The notes under the pieces: generated by a model
Databases searched by the model: none
What the model saw: only the letters and a program-made list of their open reading frames with translations
What the model was told of the DNA's origin: nothing
In this document: one piece after another, positions 13,994 through 27,413 of the stretch
How positions within the stretch are numbered: position 1 is the first letter of the stretch
How the letters are laid out: each line of letters opens with the position of its first letter
Translations under genes and position numbers: made by a program
From: Eledone cirrhosa
Taxonomy: Eukaryota
Assembly (NCBI GenBank): GCA_964016885.1
Contig: OZ024740.1
Span: 111,600,001-111,664,000, forward strand
DNA: 64,000 nucleotides
Direction: 5' to 3'

Positions 13994-14559
13994 ATGTATG
14001 TATATATGTGTATATGGATGTGTAAGTATGTGTATGTGTGTACACATGGACTAGAGTATGTATGTATATATGAGTGTGTCTATACGTGTGTATATAAAGA
14101 TAAGTTGAGTATGAAAATGTATACACATGAGCGCGTATGTATGTATATGAATACATGTGTGTATATATATGTGTATGCATGTGTATATATATGTAAGTAT
14201 GAATATGTGAATTGTGAGTATATGTATTTTGTAGAGGTGTCCAAATATATTTGTGTGTGAATGCGTGGGTGAAAGGATACGTACACTTGAAAGAAAAATT
14301 TAAGTCTGAATGTTAATTAAGTGCAAACACAAAACCAACCACGCATATCTTTACTATCTCTAATCCTTCTATAGATTTAGAAAAATAACCAATAATATAT
14401 TCTATAAAAAATGTCAAAACAACAGATGGGAATCTAATTACTCACTGCCACCAAGAATTCTCACTGCTATCGAAAAACCACTCCTTCAACTATTCTTCTA
14501 ACAACTTCACCCCTCCCTCCTAATATTCTCTATAAAAACTAAATAGGTCCTCAGTAATA

Positions 14560-14676
14560 TTATTCTGATGAAATGACAGTAAATAATAACATTGAAATAT
14601 TGAATGTCTGCATAACTAAAAGTTTGTAGATAGCTGTTTTAGGTTATGTAACTGTTATAGAAACACGTGTCAATAA
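14560..14676 (+). ncRNA. Inverted copy of the same hammerhead ribozyme
   Basis: The same motif on the plus strand in the right arm. Confidence 0.75.
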
Positions 14677-14759
14677 ATTCCTTTCAACTAAACTGTATCC
14701 ATTCAAATCTTTCTATATATATATATATATATATGAGGAACTGCTTTGTTTTTATTTAG

Positions 14760-15371
14760 TACTATCCGAATTACCCGTGCCTTGCTGCGTTTCATAAATT
14801 TTTTTTTTTAAGAAAATGATGGTTGATTTTAAAACAGTGATATAATTTATGGAGAAAAACCCTGCATTTCAATATTACTCAATGTAAAATGTAATGCATG
14901 AAAAATGGAAAACTTTTTTTTTTTTTTTTGTAATATATGAAATCAAAATTACATTATTAAATCTTATTTTGTTTCTTGTAAATCATTTTTTTGAAAATAT
15001 CAATTCAAAACTTGATCATTACATTTTTGTGTAAAGCATTATTTTATTTGGGGTTACAACATTTTTCCCTATAGGGGTTTAACCCCATTAGTGTACCTTA
15101 ATATTATTGAAATTTGCTGAAATTTTGTGAATAGGCATCATAACTTGTCGTTTACCTATGGTTTAAATTTCATATGAGTCGAAGGGAAAATTTATCAGCT
15201 GGGGTTTGTGCCCCCGGGAAACCCTTTGATTTAAATGAAATATACTTATCAAAGTACCATGAACAATGTAGTTTCAGAATATATATGGTTATGGGGGTCT
15301 ATCTCCAAAATCATAGGAGTTCGTGAACAAACAAACCCACAGACAGGAACTACAACTTTATATATATAGAC
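14760..15371. mobile_element. Probable non-autonomous Helitron/Helentron-like element
   Basis: Begins TACTA..TTACCCGTGCCTTGCTGCG and ends ACAGACAGG..AACTTTATATATATAGA, resembling HINE/Lep1-type termini. No coding sequence. Confidence 0.45.
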
Positions 15372-15664
15372 GTGTGTGAAACGGTTTGTTGGTTAGTGTG
15401 AGTTTCAGTATTTAATACAATGAGACTAGCAGGAAGAGAAATTAATATATAGATTTATAAAGGGGAAAGTAGGTGGAGAAAAAGAAAGACATAGATAGAG
15501 AAAATAAGAGAGAAAGAAGAATAGTTAGATTGATGCAATCAGATGAATAGAGAGAAATGGAGAGAATTGGTAAGATTTGGAGAGTAAATTAGAGATTGTT
15601 AGAGTGAGATTTGAAAATAGTGAACGTAAGAGACAAGAATATTAGAGATATATAGAAATTGAAG

Positions 15665-15767
15665 ATGGTGATGATGATGATGATGATAATGATGGTAAGA
15701 ATGATGATGATGATGGTGATGATAATGGTGATAATGATGATGATGGTGAGAATGATGACGATGTTGG

Positions 15768-15808
<41 letters not shown>

Positions 15809-15824
15809 GTGATGATGGTGATGG

Positions 15825-15871
<47 letters not shown>

Positions 15872-15967
15872 GTGGTGATGGTGAGAATGATGGTGATGAT
15901 GATGATGATGATGATGGTGGTGGTGATGGTGAGAATGATGATGATGATGGTGATGATAATGGTGAGA

Positions 15968-16009
<42 letters not shown>

Positions 16010-16010
16010 A
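15665..16010. repeat. (ATG)n microsatellite
   Basis: Imperfect GAT/GGT trinucleotide run. Confidence 0.95.
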
Positions 16011-16284
16011 AGAGGAGGGTGGTGATGGGATGGTGATAGTGATTAGAAAGGTGATGAGGGTGATGAGGTAGAGGTGGATTTGAAAGGGAGTGTAAATGAT
16101 TGCAAGAGGGGTGCGTCGGTCGGTTGGCAAGGAATTTAATACGAAGCAAATCCTTGAATTTTAAAGAAATTTGAATTTTGTCGAATGCAGGGATCTTTGA
16201 CAGTTTGAAGTGGATTTGTCGACAGGAAGTCCAGAGCAACTATCATGGATGAGTGGCACCGATGATTCTTAAATTCTTTGGATG

Positions 16285-16360
<76 letters not shown>

Positions 16361-16464
16361 CCCTCTCTCTCTCCCCTCTCTCTCTCTAGTTTGTACTTAG
16401 GATTATATATGTATATATGTGCTATTTATATGTATGTATGCATATATATATATATATATGTATG

Positions 16465-16507
<43 letters not shown>

Positions 16508-16889
16508 CATAAATGTTTGTGTTTACATATATACATATATATATATATATATATACAATAGTACAGCATATTCGAAGTTCAATCAGCAGCCAAGCCAACG
16601 AATGCCTTCAGCAGTGCCGCCAAGCACTCGACGAGGAATAGACCTCAGAGTAATAACACACAATTTAAAGGGCTTTGAAAATTGAAAATAGCAACCGCTA
16701 ATTCAGCCGCGTGATCTATAGCAACGAAAGAACTTGCTAGTGAGAAAAGGAAATGCACACATACACACACATACACACACACATATATATACATATAAAA
16801 ATATACATACATACATATATGCACATATCTGTATATATATATATATATATATGTATCTCTCTCTCTCTCTCTTTATATATATATATATT

Positions 16890-16930
<41 letters not shown>

Positions 16931-17584
16931 GGGGGGGGGAGAGAGAGAGAGAGAGAGGGGGAGGGAGAGAGAGAGAGAGAAGCAGAGTAGCAAGCTTCAA
17001 CCAGACTGCGAAGTAGCTGTAAATCGACCAGAGGATAAAAATCACATAATTCAGTGAAAGTGAAATACACTTTTAAAAATTTGCGAATATTATTGAACAA
17101 AATATTTTCTCTTTTTTTATTTGACTCCTTTTATTTTTTATTGTTTAATCGGGGAGACGAAGGCAATGCTTATGACCCTTTCAGGGTCTCAAGAACTGGT
17201 GTGACGGTGGGAGGAAGATGCCCTGAAACCGTACAACTGAACTGCTTGGTTGCAATAGAGTTGACGCTGCTAAATGCACCCGTTGACAAGGTGGTGGTGT
17301 TGTTGAACGACGAATCAAGTCTCCCTCCCATGTAGGCGTAGACGGAATATGAGTTCAAAACACAAAATGTCGGACAGTATATACCAAAAGGTGTCTCATT
17401 TGACGCTCGAGACTCCCACTCTGCAATTTTTATTTATTTTACCGACCCCGGAAGAATGAAACGTTATATGGAGCTTGGCAGGATTTGAACCCAAAACACA
17501 GAGAACTAACACAAATACCACGATGTATTTTATCCTCTCTAACATCCCAGCCAATTTACTACCTATTCCTTTACTATTAGTATG

Positions 17585-17770
17585 TCAGAATGGCACAGTT
17601 GTTAGAACGTCGGATAGAATACTTTATGGTATTTGTTCCAGCTCTCTGCTCTCGGAGTTCAAATCCCGCCGAGGTCAACTTTACCATTCATTCTTTCGAG
17701 GTCGATAAAATAAAATACCAGTAATACACTGGGATAATTGCTGGCCTTGTGCCAAAAGTAGAAACAATTA
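17585..17770 (+). mobile_element. tRNA-derived SINE, diverged
   Basis: B box GAGTTCAAATCCCGCCGAGGTCAAC, body TCGATAAAATAAAATACCAG, 3' end GGCCTTGTGCCAAAAGTAGAAAC. Confidence 0.8.
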
Positions 17771-19460
17771 TGTTAGGGTCATAGTTATTACTAAATCAGA
17801 GCTATTCATAAGTTATAATTCTTGCTACATCATAGCAATTACAATGTCACATCTATTATCAAGTTATGCCGATGGCAATATCACAGCTATTACTATCACC
17901 TGGCTTATTATTTAGTTATGTCTCAGCTATTGTAATGCCGCGGTTATCAGCTATTGTAATGCCGCGGGTATCAGAGCTATCGCAATGTCACATTTGATAC
18001 CATGTAAAAGCAATTATATCACTTCTACTACTAAGTCGTATCAGTTATCATACTAATTGCATTGTCACTGTTATTGCAGTATCAGAACTACTATAATATT
18101 ATGTCCTATTTCATAATATTTGTATATCGGACCTATCAAAACAAAACGTCACATCTATTTACCATGCTATCGCTATTCTAAAGTTATGATTATTCCAATT
18201 TCTCTTACTATTACCAAAGCTATTATACTGTCACATCTATCACTATGTCATAAATATTGTAATGTTACAGCTATGATAGTTTTTTTTTTTCAAAAGCTCA
18301 CATCTGTTAACATTGCTATCGCTATTATAACGTCACCACTATTTCTATTACCAGATATCTTGCAAAGTCACATCTGTACGATGACATAGCTGTTGTAATG
18401 TCACAGTTATTACTAATATCATATTGAATTAATATATCAAAGCTGTTATGTCATAATTATTGCGATGTCATAACTATAGAAACCTCACATTAATTCCCAT
18501 TGTGTACACAACTATTACAATATCAGAGCTATTAAAATAACATGTCATATGTTTTAGCCATGCTACCACTATTCTAAAGTCACAGTTATTATTACTATCG
18601 GAAATATTGTACTGTCATTACTATTACTAAATCTAAGTTCAAATGATCTGAGTTCAAATCCCGCCGAGGTTGACTTTGCCTTTCATCCTTACGGGGTCGA
18701 TAAAATAAAGTACCAGTAATGCACTGGGTAATTGCTGGCCTTGTGCCTAAAGTAGAAACAATTACTATTACTAAATCAAAACTAATATGTCACATATGTT
18801 ACTATGGCTTACAAATAACAATATCACAATTATTATTATATCAGACTTATTAATATGTCATAATTACTGCCATGTCATAGCTATTGCAATCCTACATCTC
18901 TTGTAATTTGCTATTAATAGTAGAGGTTACAGCTGTCAACCATGCTATTGCTATTGTAAAATCACAACTATTAATATTATCAGAGCTATTGTAATGTTAC
19001 ATCTATACACATCCCATAGGTATTGTAATGTTATATCTATTACAGAATCGTAGATATTTTAATGACACAGCTATTATAAGGATCAGTCAGAGCTTTGGGA
19101 ATGGCGCATCTGTTCCCATGTTATATATATATATATTGTAACGTCGCAATTATTACTGTTATTAGAGTTATGTGACATGTAACATTGATAGAGTAATTTA
19201 ACATAAGTACAACCAAGCTATTACTATTGTACAATCACAGCTATTACTACTATCATCAGAGGTATGTCAAGAATGTATCATTGACAGAGTGAGTCACATA
19301 TGTACCGTGTCATAACCATGTTATCATTATTATAAAATCACTAGCTATTACTGTTATCAGAATTATGTCATATGTGTCATTTACAGAGCAATGGCACATA
19401 TGTACCGTGTCATAACTATGCTTTCACTATTATAAAATCACAAGCTATTAAAATATCACT
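17770..19460. repeat. Old degenerate minisatellite region
   Basis: The motifs AATGTCACATCTATTAC and ATCAGAGCTATTG recur throughout. Confidence 0.6.
18634..18760 (+). mobile_element. 5'-truncated tRNA-derived SINE
   Basis: Nearly identical to 21341-21456. 17-bp TSD ATTACTATTACTAAATC at 18617-18633 and 18761-18777. Confidence 0.9.
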
Positions 19461-19900
19461 TCATTTACAAAAAGCTCATAATTTCAAAAATACGAGTTAT
19501 TGACAAACCACTTGAAACAAGTTTGACTGGCAGAAGCAAAAGAAAACTAACTGACGATATTAGAGTGTGTGAAAAGCTAAAATGTAAATTCTAAATTGTG
19601 GAGTGGTTTGGTGCTCCTTAGTCCTTGTTCTAGAGTGTTTATGACTACACGTCGCTCGGTCATATAGGAGGCAACCAGGTCGGACTTCCTTCCGTTTAGT
19701 GTTCGCTATGGTGACCACTTCAAGTCCAGGAGGGTGTGGTGGGGATGTTTGGTAGAGTGGTGGACCGAGGAAGCGAGAAGAGTAAGCATTTTATATTGGA
19801 ATCGATTAGCAGTGGAAGGGTGTGTTGTTTCATAGCACGTCACTGAGAGGGGAATACATACATATATACATAAGCACACTAAACATATATGTGTATATAT

Positions 19901-19998
<98 letters not shown>

Positions 19999-20133
19999 AT
20001 ATATACACATATATGGTGGTGATGACTGCGTTGATGGTGGTTTCGTGTTGGTAGAGTTGGTGTTGTTGAGAACGATGGTAAAGGAACTGATGAATGGTAC
20101 TGAAAAGTGGGGTAGTGGTACTGAAGAAAATTT

Positions 20134-20184
<51 letters not shown>

Positions 20185-20221
20185 ATAGTAGTAGTAGTAG
20201 TAGTAATAGTAGTAGTAGTAG

Positions 20222-20256
<35 letters not shown>

Positions 20257-20855
20257 CATCTTCTTACTGTTGTTGCTATTGATGTTGTTGTTGGACCAAC
20301 ATTGTTTCCAGCAACTAGTGTTCCAGATGTTTGCCCAGCGAGACAAGTTGCTGAGCATGCCACAGACACGTGTACCGTTAACGTAGTTCTCAGGGAGACT
20401 CTAAGTGACATAGGGCATGACAATAATGGCCCTTTGAATTACATATGTAAATAATTTTTGTCAGTTTAGTGGACTGGCGCAAAGTTGGTTCATTTAACTA
20501 TTATTTATAGCAATCGACACACATTACAGTTACTTTCTGTGAAGGGGATTCTCACATTTTCAAATTTCAAATCTCCCAACACTTCAATAACTCATAAGAT
20601 TTGTTTACTTGCGGCTACGTTGTAGCCCCAAGCTGTATAGTATAGGATACTAAAATGGAAGGAAATATCAGTTGGCCTCTTAGCGTAAGGGTAACATACT
20701 CGCACGATATTCGAGAGTGTCGGAGCTCCTCCCTCCAAGGCGCCTCGAGCCACTTCTTTCCGTCGCTAGGGGCGTTTTACTAGAATTCCTTAAGTCTTAT
20801 TTATAACGATCGATTGTTATTACAGTTATTTTCTCCAGGTTTTCTCTATATATAC

Positions 20856-20918
<63 letters not shown>

Positions 20919-21272
20919 CGTGTGTGCGTGTGTGCGTGTGTGTGTGCGCGCGCGCGCGTGTGTGTATAGGTATATATATGTATGCAAAAATTTAGCGGAA
21001 AGAATAAATAAAACAACACAGTAAAATAAAGAAATGTATTAGTTTAACACATGATATAGTGGGAAAATAATATTTACCTTTCGGATACTAGTCCTTCATC
21101 AGAATATAGAATTAAAAATAAAAGAGGAAATAGAAGAATAGAGATTGAGGAGATGTAGGAACGATAGGAACGAAAAAAAAAACACGTGCGTATTTCAGGG
21201 ATATTATATATAAATATGATGGCTGCCCCTCGTTATCGAGTAAGGCCATTGCACGATATACCATTATTAATA

Positions 21273-21456
21273 GGCGGTGGATTGGCAGTATCGGTAGAGG
21301 GTCGGACGCCATGCTTTCCAGCATAGTTACGTCCCTTTACGATCTGAGTTCAAATCCCGCCGAGGTTGACTTTGCCTTTCATCCTTACGGGGTCGATAAA
21401 ATAAAGTACCAGTAATGCACTGGGTAATTGCTGGCCTTGTGCCAAAAGTAGAAACA
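21273..21456 (+). mobile_element. Full-length tRNA-derived SINE
   Basis: A box TGGCAGTATCGG, B box GAGTTCAAATCC, central GCCTTTCATCCTTACGGGGTCGATAAAATAAAGTACC. TSD-like ATTAATAG on both sides. Confidence 0.9.
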
Positions 21457-21611
21457 ATTAATAGTTATTAATTAATTCTATCGTGCAATGCCTGTACGTG
21501 AAGATATTTTTTAAAGTGAGGAAAGACTGTGCACTGAGCCAATCTCACTCTCTGAGCGATAGTAGCTCTAACCCGAAAAGAAGAAAATATCGACTTCATC
21601 GGTAACTACTG

Positions 21612-22013
21612 AGCCGTAGGTTTTATATCGGAGTTATCCCAGTTTACTAAGTTGCCTTCTAGAAGAATGCTCTGGCAAAGAATAGGTCCTTCTCTCCCAG
21701 TCGTTTAACCGTGCGATCGGGTGTCCAACCCGACTATTTCTGTGTCCCCGCACATATACATACACATGCACCCATGTATATACACATATACATACACATG
21801 TACATGTGTATATACATATTTACACATGTATGTATATGTGTATATACATGGGTGCATGTGTATGCATATGTGCGGGGACATAGAAATAGTCGGGCTGGAC
21901 ACCCGATCGCACGGTTAAACTATTAGGAGTGAAGGACCCCTAGCCTTTGTCAGGGCATTCTTCTAGAAGCCAACTCAGGAAACTGGGATAACTTCGATAT
22001 AAAACCTGATGGC
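21612..22013. mobile_element. Foldback/MITE-like palindromic element
   Basis: ~190-bp inverted arms, e.g. GTTTAACCGTGCGATCGGGTGTCCA versus TGGACACCCGATCGCACGGTTAAAC. Confidence 0.7.
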
Positions 22014-22291
22014 CGTTGAATCTTATGAGTTCTTCCGCCCTTTGTCAGGTTTTGTTGTTTGTCCTGCGGGGTGTCCAAAATCACCCTCCTCACCAAGTAA
22101 AATTAGTGGGGGTTGCCGGTTTAGTCGCCGACGACCCGACCATGCGACAGGTTGTACTGGCTTACATGTTAAGTGTAAGAGTGATCCGATCATTTGTGTG
22201 TGTGTGTGCGTGTGTGTGTGCGCGCGCGCGAGCGTGTGTGTCTATATGTATATATATGTATGCAAAAATATATATATATATATAAACACAA

Positions 22292-22328
<37 letters not shown>

Positions 22329-22336
22329 AGCACACA

Positions 22337-22386
<50 letters not shown>

Positions 22387-22390
<4 letters not shown>

Positions 22391-24688
22391 GCGAAATCTG
22401 TCAACGCCTTGAACCTTGAGTGACACCTAAAGGTCAAACTCTAGGTCACCACCCTCTTGGTGTGAACAGGTTCATGCGTGGGCTATCCCCTTAAGGTGGG
22501 AGACAGAAAGCGACAGGTATATAAAACCTGTATCATCCTACAGAAATACAGACAGATCGGAGCACTACGATACAGACCAGCTATGTAAGGATTCACCGCT
22601 ATCTAGAGGCCACAGTGGTCTACAGTTAATTACAGACCATTCAGAGGTCTACAGATCATTACTTTCTTTCTCTCCTGGTCGCAGACTAAACCAGACTCAC
22701 GACGAGAACTACTACCACGGACTGCATCCGCCAACAAACTTTATCTGGTCGCTCGCTGTTTTCACATCAACAACAAAATAACATTGTCAACCTCCTCAAC
22801 CCGTGGTAACTTGATTATTGTACTTTTTTACTCGAGTGAAGTAAACCATTATATATAAACTAAATCAGCCTTTCTTGTTGTTATATCAAACAACTCTGTT
22901 AAACCATCTAACTATTTCTTACTAATTATACTCTTCGTTAAATTGATGACCCGACGTTAAAAAAAATGTTTAAATAATACGAAGTACTATTTTAAAAAAA
23001 GAAAAACCACACGCAGCCTTTTTGATCTGATCATGGCTTCTTTTGCCAATATCAACAACTTTCTCTTATCAAGCTTCTCATCTATATTCTACGATATGAT
23101 AAAACTTCACTTTTTTAAATTATTCACCACAAACTTCCATTCTACGGAGTATTTACAGTAATTCCGCTTTTTTTTTCGATTCATTACCAAACACTTCACC
23201 ACTTGCTTCGTAATCTCAACAACAGCAGACAATACTACTAGCTTCCTAGCAAGAAAACGATCACATAAAGAAGAGAAAACTGAACTTTTTGTAAAGAACA
23301 ATTATATAAATATTTTTTTTTTTTACAGGTTATATATGAACGTTCATTTTATTTTTTTTTATTTGTTTCACTATATTATATGCCTGTATCAACATACACG
23401 TTTTGCATCAAACACACATCCTTTTCTTTGTCACACACCAACATGTTTTTGTCTATGGTATATTCTGGATTCGGTTGGGTCTCAGCAAGATCACTTTTCA
23501 ACTGGTCGAGGTATGGCAACAGCTATTAAACACATGAGAAACTCACCCACGGGTACTACTTGCTTTGACTCACTCAAGCACGCAACTCAAAATTGCACTC
23601 AATCATGTCATAGCATAAACCTCGACTCACTGGAAAAGCATCTTACGTATGATAATACATCGAGATTATATTGGTCGAGGTACGACAACAGCTATTAAAC
23701 ACATGAGAATCAAACCACAGTTACTACTCGCTTGGACTCACTCAAGCACGCAATTCAAAATTGAACACACTCATTTCATAGAATAAACCTCGTCTCACGG
23801 GAAGAGAATCTTACGTATGATGATACATCGAGAGAAATAGACCTCTGTGTTATCATATCGTAATCCGATACCGTAACCCAACATCCATCCATACACAACA
23901 GTTCGAAATACATGATCACAACTTTGTATATTTACAGTTTCTTCTAAATGTTACACACACACACATGCATACACAGTTATACGATTTTTTTTTTCTCTCT
24001 CCAAATTTCTATACACTCGAAGTGCGGGCGCAGTACCAACATTTTGTGTGTTTCGGGACACGCTTCTAGAATCAGATTCGCTAACCCTTTTATAATCGAT
24101 CGCTGCTCCTGCATCAATTTGGGTAGGGAACTAAAGTAGCGAGATGTCCACACCTTGAACCTTGGGTGACACCTAAAGGTCAAACTCTAGGTCACCACCC
24201 TTTTGGTGTGAACAGGTTCATGCGTGGGCTATCCCCTTAAGGTGGGAGACAGAAAGCGACAGGTATATAAAACCTGTATCATCCTACAGAAATACAGACA
24301 GATCGGAGCACTACGATACAGACCAGCTATGTAAGGATTCACCGCTATCTAGAGGCCACAGTGGTCTACAGTTAATTACAGACCATTCAGAGGTCTACAG
24401 ATCATTACTTTCTTTCTCTCCTGGTCGCAGACTAAACCAGACTCACGACGAGAACTACTACCACGGACTGCATCCGCCAACAAACTTTATCTGGTCGCTC
24501 GCTGTTTTCACATCAACAACAAAATAACATTGTCAACCTCCTCAACCAATGGTAACTTGATTATTGTACTTTTTGACTCGAATGAAGTAAACCATTATAT
24601 ATAAACTAAATCAGCCTTTCTTGTTATTATATCTAACAACTCTGTTATAATCATTCATCTAACAACTGAAAATCACCCTTCGTTAAAT
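22387..24688 (+). mobile_element. Non-autonomous Gypsy-type LTR element (two ~555-bp LTRs, 1.2-kb non-coding interior) in (TA)n
   Basis: Near-identical direct repeats at 22387-22942 and 24135-24688. PBS-like TGATGACCCGACGT (tRNA-Trp type) follows LTR1. Purine tract GGGTAGGGAAC precedes LTR2. Confidence 0.85.
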
Positions 24689-24889
24689 ATATATATATAT
24701 ATAATAAAAAGTTACAGTATCGTAAAGGAGGATAGAAAGAGGAGGTATAAAGAGATGCGATACAGAGTATTACATGCCAAAACGGGTACATACATAGTAA
24801 GAAGTTCGCTAGAAGCCGAAGTGTATGATTAAGTTATATCTGTATAAATACAAAGTTTTTTCAAACGAGACTGCAAATAGATGGCTTCT

Positions 24890-24962
24890 GGAAGAAGAAG
24901 AAGAAGAAGAAGAAGAAGAAGAAGAAGAAGAAGAAGAAGAAGAAGAAGAAGAAGAAGAAGAA
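24890..24962. repeat. (AAG)n microsatellite
   Basis: Perfect AAG run. Confidence 0.95.
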
Positions 24963-25443
24963 TTTGCCTATAGATTGGGAAAATAATAAACATCACTAAT
25001 CGATTTTAAGATTCCATTAAAACCTCATCAGACGACGTGCATCTTCTTCTTCTTCTTCTTCTTCTTGCGTAATAGAACTGTTGCTGCCCCATGTTGTCGC
25101 TGTACACTTGATCGATGGAGGTCTCAGAGTTCAGTGGTAGTTCCCAGAACCCACTGAAGGAGGTCGACAACTTGGGCTGCAACAGTGAGTTTATGTACAA
25201 TAATTTCCTTGACATGTCATGAGGTGGCACAGTCACTGTTGGAATTCCCAGAGCAAGAACTGAAATTATTTGGGCACGTTCTGCTTTTTCTGTCCACAAT
25301 ATTGTATAAAAGAATAAGGGTCTCACACATGTCCATATATATTGGATTACTTAAAAACCTATAGATCATTTTTTTTAGTAGAGAAGATAATAGATTAATG
25401 TAGAAAGTAGAGAAAGAGAGGGAGAGAGACAGATAGATAGGTA

Positions 25444-25535
25444 TATTCTTTATTTGCCACAGGGGCGTACACAAATGGGACATTACAAGACATGACGGGG
25501 GGGGGGGTTACATAAAATCTTTAACAATAATGGAT
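25444..25535 (-). mobile_element. Tx1 element E0: ~90-bp 3'-terminal stub in (GATA)n
   Basis: TTCTTTATTTGCCACAGGGGCG..GGGACA..ACAA matches the 3' ends of E1-E6. GATA repeats lie on both sides. Confidence 0.7.
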
Positions 25536-25575
25536 GTATAGGTAGATAGATAGATAGATAGATAGATAGATGGAG

Positions 25576-25658
<83 letters not shown>

Positions 25659-25772
25659 GACAGACAGATAGACAAACAGACTATACCCGCATACAAAATT
25701 AAATACATACACATACGTATACATACACATACACAAAATATGCCAAATCTACATACACACACGCACAGAAAC

Positions 25773-25806
<34 letters not shown>

Positions 25807-26054
25807 TTGAGTGTGTGTAAAGAGGTCAAACATTGGAGGGCAGAGGAATCAAGTTGTTTATATAACAACAGAAAAAACGAACATGGCCAATTAACATAGA
25901 TATACTCACTATTACACATAAATACAAACACATGCAAATACGCACACACTTACACAGACTGTCCCATATAGATACATACGCATATATTCCTCCTCCCTGA
26001 TACATATACACATTAATAATAAATACAAACAAATAGAGATCTAGATATATTTTT

Positions 26055-26093
<39 letters not shown>

Positions 26094-26096
26094 CAT

Positions 26097-26140
<44 letters not shown>

Positions 26141-26219
26141 ATAATAATAAATTTGAAGACTAAAATCCAAAGAGGGCTCGATAAGGATAAATATATATCA
26201 AATATATAAGAACCGTATA

Positions 26220-26284
<65 letters not shown>

Positions 26285-26307
26285 GTATATATATATATGT
26301 ATATATA

Positions 26308-26363
<56 letters not shown>

Positions 26364-27413
26364 CATATATGTATACATATTCATGTATTCATATATATAG
26401 ATGTATATATGTGTGTGTGTGTGTGTGTCTGTGTGTGTGTGTGTGTGTCTTCATTTTTGCGACAAGTCATCCTCACTCTTCCCCTTTTTGTAGATGTCAA
26501 GTCCTCTTGTCTAGGAGACATGTTGTCAGTTCAGAAAGGCAACAAACCTTACACACCAGGGAACTCCCTGAAAACTGGTGGACCTTTTTTTCCGGTAGAA
26601 AAGCAATCTGTTCCAATATGTAGCTAATTACTTGGTTGCAGGAACAGAGTGGGGGATGAGTGAGTATGTGAAAGTGAGGAGGTTAAAGAGAGGAAGGGGT
26701 GCGGGTAGATTGACAGTGACTGAGGGAAAGAGGTTAAGAAACAGTGAGAAATAGTAGGAGTGAAAAGGAGAGAGAGAGAGAAAGGCAAAGTAATATAGTA
26801 AAAGAGAGAAGGAGGATGCGGTAGAAATATATGTGTGTGTATATGTGTCTGTCTGTATTTGTGCTTGCGTGTGCCACCTATACTTTTATATATATACTCA
26901 TACATACATTCATACTTTCATACATACATACATACATACATACATACATGCATGCATACATAAATGCATACATATAAACCTACATGCATACATACATACA
27001 TACAAACATACATACAGGGTGTCCCAAAATATCTATATACACTTTTATTAGAATGCTGTTGAAGTGTGAATACATTTTTTGGGACGCCTTGTATGTACGC
27101 ACAGAGCGCAAGGGAGAAATCGACAGCTAAACAGACAGACAGAAAGGCAGACAGACAGGCAGATATATAGATAGATTTCTTTATTAGCCACAAGGGCGCA
27201 ACAAGAAAGGGGACAATACAAAGACATGCCGGGGATTTTACATACAGTCGTGTAAAAAATATAAAAACAAACAATTTCAACAATCGAAATCCCCAATAGG
27301 GGGAGGGGAGACGTTACAAATGGGTTGTTTAATACCCCGTCGATAGAACAACCCTCAACTCAAGGAGCGTGTTGTGCAAGTGCTCCTTTCTTCCCTTTGC
27401 TCTCTTCCTCAAC

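Larger units (their letters stand above)
11592..14716 (-). mobile_element. Penelope-like element (C-terminal GIY-YIG, probably Nematis-type), 5'-truncated with inverted pLTR, in (TA)n
   Basis: Near-identical inverted arms at 11702-12867 and 13541-14716 surround a 673-bp coding spacer. One arm is extended (11592-11701). (TA)n lies on both flanks. Confidence 0.9.

Noticed and set aside
15589-16239. 216-aa ORF
   Set aside because: Mostly (ATC)n. The short unique N-terminus could be a LINE remnant, but I recognise no motif.
21273-21365. tRNA gene
   Set aside because: A and B boxes belong to a multi-copy SINE head with body and TSD; no complete cloverleaf.
24995-25037. Hammerhead-like CTGATGA plus stem on the minus strand
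   Set aside because: GAAA is replaced by GATT and no helix I or III can be built; too degenerate to call.
26495-26595. Possible plus-strand host exon after CTCTTCCCCTTTTTGTAG
   Set aside because: No convincing donor, no recognisable protein and no partner exons.
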